This document shows, one piece after another, positions 37,601 through 49,149 of a DNA stretch of 64,000 nucleotides. A program made the position numbers and the translations under genes. The stretch covers positions 1-64,000 of the forward strand of contig NIVC01000172.1 of NCBI GenBank assembly GCA_002269645.1, read 5' to 3'. Within the stretch, counting starts at the first letter, position 1; each line of letters starts with the position of its first letter. The DNA is from Macrostomum lignano (Eukaryota). The notes below the pieces were generated by a model, which searched no databases, was not told the origin of the DNA, and saw only the letters and a program-made list of their open reading frames with translations.

Positions 37601-39455
37601 AACCCTGGAGGCTTGGTTAGTCCTATTGCTCATCATGAAGTAGTCGGCATTCCAAACTTTGATGCTGTTGCTTCTCAAGTCCAGGCTGCGCAGGCTGGTG
37701 AGGTTTACAAAACAGCCGCAGTCAATGTCGCTAATCAGGTTGTCATTCAGCCCAATAAAAGTAAGAAAAGGTGACTGAGGAATGCTCCGGAGAGAAATCA
37801 CTTTGAGATCATTGTTCCGAACCCAAAGTTTCTCCAAGCGGGCCAGCGACGCAAGCTCAAAGCTCTGCAACCAGTTATAATCGAGGTTTAGCTCCACGAG
37901 ACTCGAAGGAAGTAGCGAATTCTTGAATGCCATCGCATTTAGAGACTTGATCCGGTTGTGCGACAGATCCAGGTATTGAAGATTTACCTAGAATAGGAAT
38001 TGTAAATGCAGCACATGGCTATATCGTAAGTAGAGCACTAAAGCAACTTCTGGTTGCCAGTTGGGATTTTCTGACACGGTATTACGCGTACACGGATACA
38101 TGTATGTGCAAAGAGCCCCGTGACCACCACTCTATGCCCTGGAGGAGTCCTCCTACTCTTAGGTGATAAAACACACAAGCCCCAGGCCAGAATTCCCTGC
38201 TTGATTTCAAGGTCAGAAGGCGTGACATTATGCAAAAACTTACTTCAAACCACGGCGAAACGACCCCGATAAACGGGATTCGATTGTAGGACAGGTCCAG
38301 CTTTCTCAGGCTGTCCTTGGGCCCGCGAAACCAGTAGCACCGGGCCAATTCGTAAGAAGGCGGCCAGCACATGTCGTAGTCGTACAGGCTTGAAATCTCA
38401 TTGTGGCTCAAATCTAATTCGCGAAGATTGCCAAGTAGGGAGACTAAATTGGGTATTTTAGTGAGCCGGTTGTAGGAGAAGTTCAGAGTGGCTAGCTGGC
38501 TGGGTATCAGCTCCCACTTCTCGGACTCTGCAGATTCGTCACGAATGCGCCGCTTGGCAAAGCTGAACGTGAAGCCGCCTCCGGTGGTGCTTTCGTCGCT
38601 AGCCTTGAATAGCATCTTCTGCCAGGTGAACCGGCCGTACTGCTTCTTCAGGCGCACCAGCCAGTCCGTTTCGTTGCGTAGGGGCACCGTGCCATTGGCA
38701 ATAGCGTCATCCAGGTAATGATTCAACGAGTCCAAAACTATGTCGTAGATATTCTCGGCCGCCTCGGTCAGGTTGGAATGGCTCACAGTGAATTGCTGTA
38801 GGGACATTGCTCCAACCATGTTCGACACGCTAATCACGTTCAGGGGAGTATCGATGAGCTGCATATTGACCAGGTTGAAGCACTTCATATTGAGATAGAT
38901 TGGGAAGTACACGACAATGCAGCTGCGCAGAACCAGAGACATGAGCTTGCAGCTGCTGGGCTTGAAACTGCTGGTGTTGTACTCGAGCCTCTCCGTGTAC
39001 TGAGCCGCCAGTCGCGGCTTTATCGGGCCGAACATCGCCAGCTCGACGCTCTCGTGCGTGCTGACGTTTTCGTGGATCAGCTGGCCGAAGCTGAGTAAGT
39101 CGAAGTGAATTCTACAGCCGATCAGCTCGACGTGGTAAGGCGGATAGAAGTGCTCGTGCCGGAATGTCATCTCGTGCAGGTCGATCTCGCTGCTGAGGGT
39201 GAAGTTGCCGCAGTCGATGGACAGGCTGGATATAATCTTGAATGGCAGCTCCTTGCAGTCGAAACCAACGGCGCTGGAGTTCTTCGCTTCAAGCAGGCGG
39301 CAGCGAACATTTTTGCTGGCCAGCTCTTGCTGGCAAATGCAAGCCACTCTGGTATCGTTCAGGCGCACGTACAGCGGCGTAGGAGCGTCATCAGCGGTGT
39401 CGTCTAAAGCAGCCGAGGCTGCTATCAATACGAAAACCAAAGTCAGTGTTCTCAT
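34671..39455 (-). CDS. Toll-like receptor, multiple-cysteine-cluster type, with two tandem TIR(-like) domains (~1357 aa)
   Basis: Exons 39455-38244, 37987-36317, 36237-35640, 35263-34671 (phases 0, 0, 1 consistent). Signal peptide; LRRs (LATLNFSYNRL, LRELDLSHNEI, LQYLDLSHNRI, LRSLDLRSNSI); internal CTC plus CRTRCISSCLC..INC cluster; second LRR block with LRRCT GNAWVCSCRSEWL; TM WMLITVASILGSLLLLALIT; TIR FDVFF...SRTVVVLLSKRFLHS; second TIR-like YGCDVLLL...QFVILLTPS...RRILVFLD. Confidence 0.88.
35359..35452. repeat. 15-bp repeat CCAGCACCAGGGGCG
   Basis: About six copies in TLR intron 3. Confidence 0.9.
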
Positions 39456-40026
39456 CACTGAGGGCCGGGTTTAGCAGAAGCGGTTTGCTATCGCAGAAAA
39501 TATGATCTATTCATTTATATGTTTTAAGCTGGCAGCCAAAGTTTATATCTTGCAGCCTGAGGTTGATAAATAATCGAGCCACTATTGCACTGTTTATAGC
39601 AGTCGTGTAGATTCCATGCGAAGCCCCCAGTCTGAGACAGACATGCTGCCGGAAGAGCCGCAGGTTGCAGTTCGTTTCGTCAGATTTTGTCTCGCAATGT
39701 TCCATAGCGACAAGCAATATATACTTGCGACTGCACTGGCACATTCTGCAGCCCCTTGTAAACTTTATGACGAATTTGTTAGTGTCTTGTTTCTAATTTT
39801 AAAGCTAGTTCAGCTCTGGCAGAACTAGCATGAAATTATTTTTATCAGTTCGAATTTGCTGGCTGAAGCAGCAGCTTCCAGTGATGAGCAAATCTCGTGC
39901 GACTTATTTCACAGGCAAGTCTTAGTCTCAATGCCAAGTTTACATTACAAATGGATCCAGGCAGAGGGGTGGGCGATCACCCAACCCAAACGAGACAGAG
40001 CATACACACGCGTTGGGGGGGGGGGG

Positions 40027-40071
40027 CTTTCAGTCGTGAGTTCGACGCTCTAACCACTAGACTGCAACCCC
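40027..40071 (-). mobile_element. tRNA-derived SINE, 5' fragment (copy 3)
   Basis: Reverse complement GGGGTTGCAGTCTAGTGGTTAGAGCGTCGAACTCACGACTGAAAG matches the head of copy 2. Confidence 0.75.
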
Positions 40072-40341
40072 CTAAAAGTATAACTACAGCTAAAACACAT
40101 TTTAGAAGCAATGTCGAAGCAAAACTCGGACACCTTTCCCAAATTTTTATTGAGGCTTCGCAGAAAGTACTCGGATTACATGTACATCAGAAGTACATCA
40201 TTGTAGCTCGGACAATTTCAAATTTGCGATGGACTCCGATAAACTGAACAAGTGCAATAAAAATTGACTGTCAGCCCGCACTGTACTTATATTCAGGGTG
40301 CAGCACAAATATGAATTGTCAATCCGGTGACGCAGCACCGG

Positions 40342-41155
40342 TCAGTACCACATGGGCCACCACATCAGCGGCGAGAACAGCAGGGCTCCGGTGGCGAAGC
40401 CCAGGGCCGCGTCACCGGCGCAGCAGGAGTGACAGCCGTAGCAGCTGTGCCGGTTGCAGTAGGGCGGCCTGCCGTCGTCGTACACAACGATGGTGTTGCC
40501 ATCTGGATGGTAGATCACCTGCGCCGGCACCTGGCGGCCGTTCTCAACGTAGACGACTCGTTCCCGACGGTAGGGCGAGTCGCCGTTCGTGTAGGCCGGC
40601 GGCGGCGAGAACCGGCCGGGCTGGGGGCGAACCTGGCGACCGCTGGCCACGGCCTCCGTCCAGGCCACCCGATCGTCGGTGTTCTCGGCGCAGAACTCCC
40701 AGGTCTTCTCCGGCGTCTCCAGGGCGAACAGAGCGTCAACCGGGGCGCCGTCTGGCGGCGAGACGTTGCATTTGTCGCCAACTAGGACTCGCTGCACCTG
40801 GAAATGATTTCACGAAGGCTGAGGCAACTCTGCCCATTCCGCAGACTCCTGGGCACGCACTCACACACACGCTCACACAGGGTGTACATCCGCCTTAGGG
40901 GTCGGCCCTCATAAGTTTCCCCTCTTGGTATAGTTAGCACAATAATGACTATTGACTATAAATGTTAGGCCAAAAAGTTACTACCCAAGCCATATATTCT
41001 AGAAAACAACTGTGCCAAAAGCCGGGCTGACAGCACCTCCAGCGGCAGCACTATGGTGTCCTCGGCGGTGCCGCTTCGCGGCGACTCGAAGTAGCTCAGA
41101 TCGCCGTTGCAGTCGATCACCACCCAGCTGCGCTTCCAGCGGCGTAGAAAGTCAC
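40342..41155 (-). CDS. PH-domain protein, evectin/PLEKHB-like (5' exon not located)
   Basis: Exons 41155-41037 and 40797-40342. DFLRRWKRSWVV..GDLSYF, FCAENTDDRVAW, PPPAY motif, C-terminal GDAALGFATGALLFSPLMWW anchor, as in the PLEKHB family. Confidence 0.8.
40830..40911. repeat. Unidentified bipartite dispersed repeat, copy B
   Basis: CTGCCCATTCCGCAGAC...GCCTTAGGGGTCGGCCCTCA inside the PH-gene intron. Confidence 0.55.
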
Positions 41156-41395
41156 CTGGTCAAAGGAGCGCCAGCGAGACAAAGTTTTTGAGGACAACTC
41201 AACAGGCTTTGACAGATTTTTAGATCGTGTAAGTTTTGAAGGCTTATTAAATAACAAGAAAGCAATATGCAAAATTAAAATGATAGTTATCGTTTCTGCC
41301 GCAGATCAAATGCAATTATTGATTTTTGAAATAATGATGGAATATTGATTTGCTATCTCCGCAGTGCAATTTTTATAGGAAATCGGCCTGTGGAT

Positions 41396-43165
41396 TGCAA
41401 CCAAGAGACAGGGACTCCAACCAAGAGACAGGGACTCCAACCAAGAGACAGGGATTCCAACCAAGAGACAGGGACTCCAACCAAGAGACAGGGATTCCAA
41501 CCAAGAGACAGGGATTCCAACCAAGAGACATGGATTCCAACCAAGAGACAGGGATTCCAACCAAGAGACAGGGATTCCAACCAAGAGACAGGGACTCCAA
41601 CCAAGAGACAGGGACTCCAACCAAGAGACAGGGACTCCAACCAAGAGACAGGGACTCCAACCAAGAGACAGGGATTCCAACCAAGAGACAGGGACTCCAA
41701 CCAAGAGACAGGGATTCCAACCAAGAGACAGGGATTCCAACCAAGAGACAGGGATTCCAACCAAGAGACAGGGATTCCAACCAAGAGACAGGGATTCCAA
41801 CCAAGAGACAGGGATTCCAACCAAGAGACAGGGATTCCAACCAAGAGACAGGGATTCCAACCAAGAGACATGGATTCCAACCAAGAGACAGGGATTCCAA
41901 CCAAGAGACAGGGATTCCAACCAAGAGACAGGGATTCCAACCAAGAGACAGGGATTCCAACCAAGAGACAGGGATTCCAACCAAGAGACAGGGATTCCAA
42001 CCAAGAGACAGGGACTCCAATCAAGAGACAGGGATTCCAACCAAGAGACAGGGACTCCAACCAAGAGACAGGGACTCCAACCAAGAGACAGGGATTCCAA
42101 CCAAGAGACAGGGATTCCAACCAAGAGACAGGGACTCCAACCAAGAGACAGGGATTCCAACCAAGAGACAGGGACTCCAACCAAGAGACAGGGATTCCAA
42201 CCAAGAGACAGGGATTCCAACCAAGAGACAGGGATTCCAACCAAGAGACAGGGATTCCAACCAAGAGACAGGGATTCCAACCAAGAGACAGGGATTCCAA
42301 CCAAGAGACATGGATTCCAACCAAGAGACAGGGATTCCAACCAAGAGACAGGGATTCCAACCAAGAGACAGGGATTCCAACCAAGAGACAGGGATTCCAA
42401 CCAAGAGACAGGGATTCCAACCAAGAGACAGGGATTCCAACCAAGAGACAGGGATTCCAACCAAGAGACAGGGATTCCAACCAAGAGACAGGGATTCCAA
42501 CCAAGAGACAGGGACTCCAACCAAGAGACAGGGATTCCAACCAAGAGACAGGGACTCCAACCAAGAGACAGGGACTCCAACCAAGAGACAGGGATTCCAA
42601 CCAAGAGACAGGGACTCCAACCAAGAGACAGGGACTCCAACCAAGAGACAGGGATTCCAACCAAGAGACAGGGACTCCAACCAAGAGACAGGGATTCCAA
42701 CCAAGAGACAGGGATTCCAACCAAGAGACAGGGACTCCAACCAAGAGACAGGGATTCCAACCAAGAGACAGGGATTCCAACCAAGAGACAGGGACTCCAA
42801 CCAAGAGACAGGGACTTCAACCAAGAGACAGGGATTCCATCCAAGAGACAGGGATTCCAACCAAGAGACAAGGACCAACCAAGAGACAGGGATTCCAACC
42901 AAGAGACAAGGACCAACCAAGAGACAGGGACTCCAACCAAGAGACAGGGACTTCAACCAAGAGACAGGGATTCCATCCAAGAGACAGGGATTCCAACCAA
43001 GAGACAAGGACCAACCAAGAGACAGGGATTCCAACCAAGAGACAGGGATTCCATCCAAGAGACAGGGACTCCAACCAAGAGACAAGGACCAACCAAGAGA
43101 CAGGGACTCCAACCAAGAGACAGGGATTCCAACCAAGAGACAGGGATTCCAACCAAGAGACAGGG
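41396..43165. repeat. 20-bp minisatellite CCAAGAGACAGGGA(T/C)TCCAA
   Basis: ~1.8-kb array; source of the 400-600 aa spurious ORFs. Confidence 0.97.
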
Positions 43166-43744
43166 GGCGCCTACCAAGAGCCAAATACTGGCGCTGCTTA
43201 GGGCGCCTCTCCAATTAAAACTCTGGTCGATAAAGCACTCAAGAAAACTCAACTTTAAAATCGCAGTTCCGATAGAGTAAACTCACTTTTTCGAAACAGC
43301 CAGCCAGACTTCAGAATCCTGTCGTTACACGACGCCATCGAACTTTCGATTTCAAGAGTATCTCTAGCTTTAAAAATAATCTTTTGACTTTACCTTGCTT
43401 GGCTGGTAAGCAACTTAATATACTTGGCAGAAGTTCCAGTTAAGGGGAAGAGAGAGTAGGGAGGTTATAGAAACTTATGGAATGCAGCACAGGCTGTGAC
43501 TGGAACTGGAACGAGCGTGAGTGTAAACGCATGTCCCCTTATCCAATGTGGCACTGGCTTCGATCGCAAAGGGATACGAAGCATTGTCTTATTTCACATA
43601 ATATTGTCGAAATACTTTATTGATTTTCATTTCTGCTTCTCGAGTTGAAGTGCTCCGTACACTGCGGTACCATGTGACACTTGCAAAGAATGATTGCAAT
43701 ACAGAAAAGATTGATAGAATGAGCGATTCTCGATCCGATTTGAG

Positions 43745-44635
43745 TTTTATGAGATTTGACCGATTCCCTATGAGATTTGACAGATTCTCAAAGAGATTTG
43801 ACAGTCACTGAGATTTGACGGATTCTCACTGAGACTTGACCGATTCCCAATGAGATTTGACGGATTGCCACTGAGATTTGACGGATTCTCACTGAGAGTT
43901 GACCGATTCCCAATGAGATTTGACAGATTCTCAAAGAGATTTGACAGTCACTGAGATTTGACGGATTCTCACTGAGACTTGACCGATTCCCAATGAGATT
44001 TGACGGATTGCCACTGAGATTTGACGGATTCTCACTGAGAGTTGACCGATTCCCAATGAGATTTGACAGATTCTCAAAGAGATTTGACAGTCACTGAGAT
44101 TTGACGGATTCTCACTGAGACTTGACCGATTCCCAATGAGATTTGACGGATTGCCACTGAGATTTGACGGATTCTCACTGAGATTTGACCGATTCCCAAT
44201 GAGATTTGACCGATTCCACTGAAATTTGACGGATTCCCAATGAGATTTCACCGATTTCCAATGCGATTTGACCGATTCCCAATGAGATTTGACCGATTCC
44301 CACTGAGATTTGACCGATTCCCAATGAGATTTGACCGATTCCCAATGAGATTTGACCAATTCTGAATGAGATTTGACCGATTCTCTATGAGATTTGACGG
44401 ATTCTCAATGAGATTTGACCGATTCCCAATGAGATTTGACGATTCCCAATGAGATTTCGCCGATTCTCACTGAGATTTGACCGATTCCCAATGAGATTTG
44501 ACCGATTTCCACTGAGACCTGACCAATTTTCAATGAGATTTCACCGATTCCCACTGAGATTTGACCGATTCCCACTGAGATTTGACCAATTTTCACTGAG
44601 ATTTGAATGATTCCTAATGAGATTTGATCGATTAC
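43745..44635. repeat. 21-bp minisatellite GAGATTTGACCGATTCCCAAT with higher-order blocks
   Basis: Tandem units; a block of variants recurs about every 142 bp in 43790-44200. Confidence 0.9.
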
Positions 44636-45129
44636 CGATAGAAAAAAATTGAAAAGCAGCAAATGCAGTAAAATATTTGAAATAAAATTTCAGAGCGCAG
44701 CGTGCGGGTGTCGAAATGGCGTGTATCAATAAATGGATTCGTTTTTCACTAATAAACTATATATTACCAAAACAAGCAAAGCTAAAACAGAAAATGTTTA
44801 ACAGCAATTGAAATATAAATATTAAAATACTACTAATTTAAGTAGTAACAGCTACTAACAGTACAGAATAGCGAAGCTGCCTGATATTGATAAAAACTCA
44901 CTAAAATCAACAGACAAATTAACAACCCAATCTTTTAACTTCGGCGCACTGGCTTGGCGGAATAAATGATAAACAATCTAATGAATTAAGCTTTGGATTT
45001 CAGTCAGCATTTACTCGTAAATTCCAACAATAAGCATTGCATTTATTGAATAGTGGCACAGAAATCATCCCAGCGGCTTTGGATATCATGGGGCTTGGCC
45101 GCCTAAGCTAAATCAAGTAATATAGAAAC

Positions 45130-45935
45130 CAGAGAAGAGGGGAGGGCGAAGAGGGGAGAGGGGAGAGGGGAGAGAGAAGAGGAGAGAGGAGAGTAGAGAC
45201 AGGAGAGGGAAGAGAGGAGAGAGGAGACGAGAGAGGAGAGGAGAGAGGAGAGGAGAGAGGAGAGAGGAGAGACAGGAGAAGAGAGAGGGGAGAGGGGAGA
45301 GAGGAGAGGGGAGAGAGGAGAGGGGAGAAATGAGAGGAGAGAGGAGAGGGGAGAGAGAAGAGGAGAGAGAGGAGAGGAGAGAGGAGAGGAGAGACAGGAG
45401 AGGGAAGAGAGGAGAGAGGAGACGAGAGAGGAGAGGAGAGAGGAGAGGAGAGACAGGAGAGGGAAGAGAGGAGAGAGGAGACGAGAGAGGAGAGGAGAGA
45501 GGAGAGGAGAGAGGAGAGAGGAGAGACAGGAGAAGAGAGAGGGGAGAGGGGAGAGAGGAGAGGGGAGAGAGGAGAGGGGAGAAATGAGAGGAGAGAGAGG
45601 AGAGGGGAGAGAGAAGAGGAGAGAGATAAGAGGGGAGAGAGAAGGGGAGAGATAGGAGGGAGAGAGGGGAGAGGGGAGAGAGGGGAGAGGGGAGAGAGGA
45701 GAGGGGAGAGAGGAGAGGAGAGGAGAGGGAGAGAGAACAGGAGAGAGAGGAGGGAGAGAGGGGAGAGGGGAGAGGGGAGAGGGGAGAGAGGGGAGAGGGA
45801 GAGAGGGGAGAGGGGAGAAATGAGAGGAGAGGAGAGGGGAGAGAGAAGAGGAGAGAGAGGAGGGGAGAGAGGGGAGAGGGGAGAGGGGAGAGGGGATAGG
45901 GGAGAGAGAAGAGGGGGCAGAGAGGAGAGAGAGAC
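45130..45935. repeat. GA-rich low-complexity tract
   Basis: (GAGAG/GGAGA)n. Confidence 0.9.
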
Positions 45936-45997
45936 AGCAGGTGGGACTGGTCAGTGATCATCAGGCAGTTGGTCTCGCACACTCAGACTCCGCAGCC

Positions 45998-48900
45998 TCA
46001 GTCAGCAGCAGCAGCAGCCGGCACCCCAGCAGCGGTGATCCAGTCGGCCAGCCGCTGCAGGCCCTGGCTGGTGGCTCCCCGAGCTCGGAGGCGGTCGGCC
46101 AGGCTGGCCAAGCAGCGGTCCCAGTCCAGCCGGCCGTCCAGCATGTCGGCGGCCACCCGATAGACGAAGCGGCCAGCCAGCAGCCGCGGCAGCCAGTCTA
46201 GCAGGCGGTCGTCCTCCCCGGCGCTGGAGTGCGCCTGCAGGAAGAGCATCAGCGAGACAATGTGAGCCTGGAAAGCGTTGAACTGATGCAGCAGCTCCAG
46301 ATAGACGGACTTCGAGCGCTGATGAGCGGAGACCTGAGCGCCGTCGATGCGCGGGCTGGCGTAGCAGTCGAAATCCACGGTCGAACCGGCGCGTTTCTTC
46401 GGCGGGCCCTCGTCCTCCTCGTCATCATCATTGTCGGAGTCCTTGGAGGCGTCGTGTCGCAGCAGGCACAGCGCCAGCAGCGCTCTGGTGACGCAGCGGC
46501 TCCGCCGATTACCGCCGTTCAGCGACAGGCGCAGGAGGTGCAGCGCGAGCCGCAGCCGCTGGCTACCCGCCAACTTCTCCGGCAGCAGCGCCGTCAGCTG
46601 CTTGTCGGCATCCTCGGACGCGTCGATGTGTTCCAGCGCGCATCGCCACGAGTCCGCTGACGGGCAGCGATGACGCCGCTTCGAGAGCTTGACTGGCACC
46701 TGGAGAACTTCGGTGCCGCTGCGAACGTACTCAATCACCTGCAGCTTGTTTGAATCCTCTTTGTTGTCCTCCTCTTTATTGTCCTCCTCTTGGCTGCTGG
46801 GATCAGAACTGTCGGTGCGAAAGTTCTCAAGCGAGTAGGCGATGGAGCGGAGAGCTCGGGTGGACTCGAACAGGCCGGGCAGGTTGGGATGCTCAATGCC
46901 GATCGGCAAGATCACCCGCTGGTACAGCAGGGCGTCGATGAAAAACACCAGCTTGCGCCGACGCCGATGCGAGTCGGTCAGGGGCGTCGGCGCGGCCTCA
47001 GGGAATTCGATTTTAGCACTGTCGGCGCCCAGACGGAGCGCTTCGTGCTCCGGTTTGAGCTGGTAGTGGCGCAGCGAGGCGTCAAAGCGTGACATGAGCT
47101 CCGGCTGCAGGCGCCGCCTCAGCTCGGCCAGACACTCCTCCGCCAGTTCGAACCGGTGAGTCCAGCGAATCGACTCCGTGATGGCTCCGTGACAGTCGTA
47201 GCCGCGGATGCCAAGAGTTCGGCGAGCTTCGGCCGCCTCATTCTCGGACACGTAGTCATTGCCGGCCAGGCTCGCCCACAGGGCTGTGAGCTCCGGCCGG
47301 AGGGCCAGGTTGTTCAGCGGCTTCAGGCGGCAGGCCGACTGAAGTGCGAAATTGGTTTAGCAGCTCCGAGACTCTGCTTCTGGCTGCGGAATTATCTGGC
47401 TTTTGCTGCTCCTACTAACTTGTTCACTCTCCCTCACACTACTTCCATTCTCTACCCCTCACTCTATTTCAATGCTCTACTCCTCACTCTCCTCTTCACT
47501 CTACTCCTTACTCTCCTCTTCACTCTACTCCTCACTCTACTCCTCACTCTCCTCTTCACTCTACTCGTCACTCTCCTCTTCACTCTACTCCTCACTCAAC
47601 TCCTCACTCTACTCCTCACTCTACTCCTCACTCTACTCCTCACTCTACTCCTCACTCTACTCCTCACTCTCCTCTTCACTCTACTCCTCACTCTACTCCC
47701 TCACTCTACTTCCATACTCTACTCCCGACTCTACTTACTCTTCTCTCTCACTGTCCCCCCTCGCTCTACTCATTCACTCTACTTCGTCTACTCCCTCACC
47801 CCACTCACTCTACGCCACCCTCTACTCCCTTATCTCTACATTCCCCTTCAAAGCGGCCGGCAGCTCGCCCACCTGCTGATAAATGCAGCAGCGCATGCAG
47901 CTCTCCCCTGACGACAGTGCCTCGTCCGAAAGGTCCAGGCTGTCGGACGGGATGACCCCGCCAGGCAGGGGGTACAGGAAGAAATCGCTGTCCCCAGTCA
48001 ACAGCGGGCAGCCCAAACGGCCGGCAAGGGTTGCGGACTGAAATTTTTAAAAAAGCAAAAAATCGCATTATACTACTGATACATACAATCCATATACTCA
48101 TATCGACCGGACCTGCTCGTCAGCGTCTCCAGTGAGCACGGTGGCCACGGGAAAGCCGCGATCGACGGCAGCCTGACCGAACACATCGTAGGTGAGAATC
48201 GGCAGCAGGCGATTGCGCGGATCGGGCCGGCCAGTTTCCAGCAGCTGCTTGCAGCTGGCGGCGCGATCTGCCATGCGGCGCAGCTGCTGGCGGATCTTGC
48301 CGCCTTTCCAGTCCTGCGCGTGGGGAGTGGGTGGGCGAGCGATAAGGTTGGGCAGCAGCGGGGAGTGGGGTGGGTGAGCGATAAGGCTAGCTTGGCAGCA
48401 GCGGGGAGTGGGGTGGGCGAGCGATAAGGCTGGGCAGGAGCGGGGAGTGAGGTGGGGGAGCGATAAGGCTGGACAGGAGTGGGGAGTGGGGTGGGTGAGC
48501 GATAAGGCTAGCTGGGCAGCAGCGGGGAGTGGGGTGGGTGAGCGATAAGGCTAGCTGGGCAGCAGCGGGGAGTGGGGTGGGTGAGCGATAAGACTAGCTG
48601 GGCAGCAGCGGGGAGTGGGGTGGGTGAGCGATAAGGCTAGCTGGGCAGCAGCGGGGAGTGGGGTGGGCGAGCGATAAGGCTAGGCAGGAGCGGGAGTGAG
48701 GTGGGGGAGCGATAAGGCTGGGCAGGAGTGGGGAGTGGGGTGGGCGAGCGATAAGGCTAGCTGGGCAGTAGCGGGAGAGGGGTGGGTGCCCTGGAGTAGA
48801 AACTCAGTTCGTTTTTTTGAAGAACAATGTTTTGTATTGAAAAAGAAGCTAAAAAAGTTTTCAGCACCTTGGCGCCATCGAACACAAACAGAGGCTGAAT

Positions 48901-49107
48901 TCCGCAGCGCTGGAATTTATCAAACAGTCGCTGCAGTCTGTCAGCGTACAGGTCATACTCTCCGCCGTAATCGTAGGTAAAATTATACAAAAAGTGAACA
49001 AAATTTGCGGCGTCAATCACTAAGCGACAGTTGGCCAGTCTGTGCTGGGTGACGCCGCGGTTCTGGGCGTTGCGTTCGATGTATCCCTTGAGGCCGCGGA
49101 CTCCCAT
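45998..49107 (-). CDS. ASTE1: Asteroid homolog 1 (XPG/PIN-like nuclease), ~648 aa
   Basis: Exons 49107-48868, 48313-48113, 48037-47873, 47338-45998, all phase 0 GT-AG. MGVRGLKGYI, LVIDAANF, YGGEYD, VFDG, GDADEQ, LTGDSDFF, LAGNDY motifs. Confidence 0.92.
47415..47830. repeat. CT-rich repeat (CTCACTCTACTC)n
   Basis: Fills ASTE1 intron 3. Confidence 0.9.
48322..48785. repeat. ~43-bp G-rich minisatellite GCGGGGAGTGGGGTGGGTGAGCGATAAGGCTAGCTGGGCAGCA
   Basis: Fills ASTE1 intron 1. Confidence 0.92.
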
Positions 49108-49149
49108 TACGGCTGCGGGACGGACGGTGTCGGGGGCGATTCAGAAGAC

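Noticed and set aside
41306-43252. 400-620 aa ORFs (QETGIPTKRQG / LESLSLGWNPC repeats)
   Set aside because: Translations of a 20-bp array that is stop-free in several frames on both strands; no coding signal.
5060-48785. Consistent purine/pyrimidine strand bias of intronic arrays
   Set aside because: Sense strands are pyrimidine-rich at 14950 and 48322 but purine-rich at 5060 and 47415; no consistent rule.
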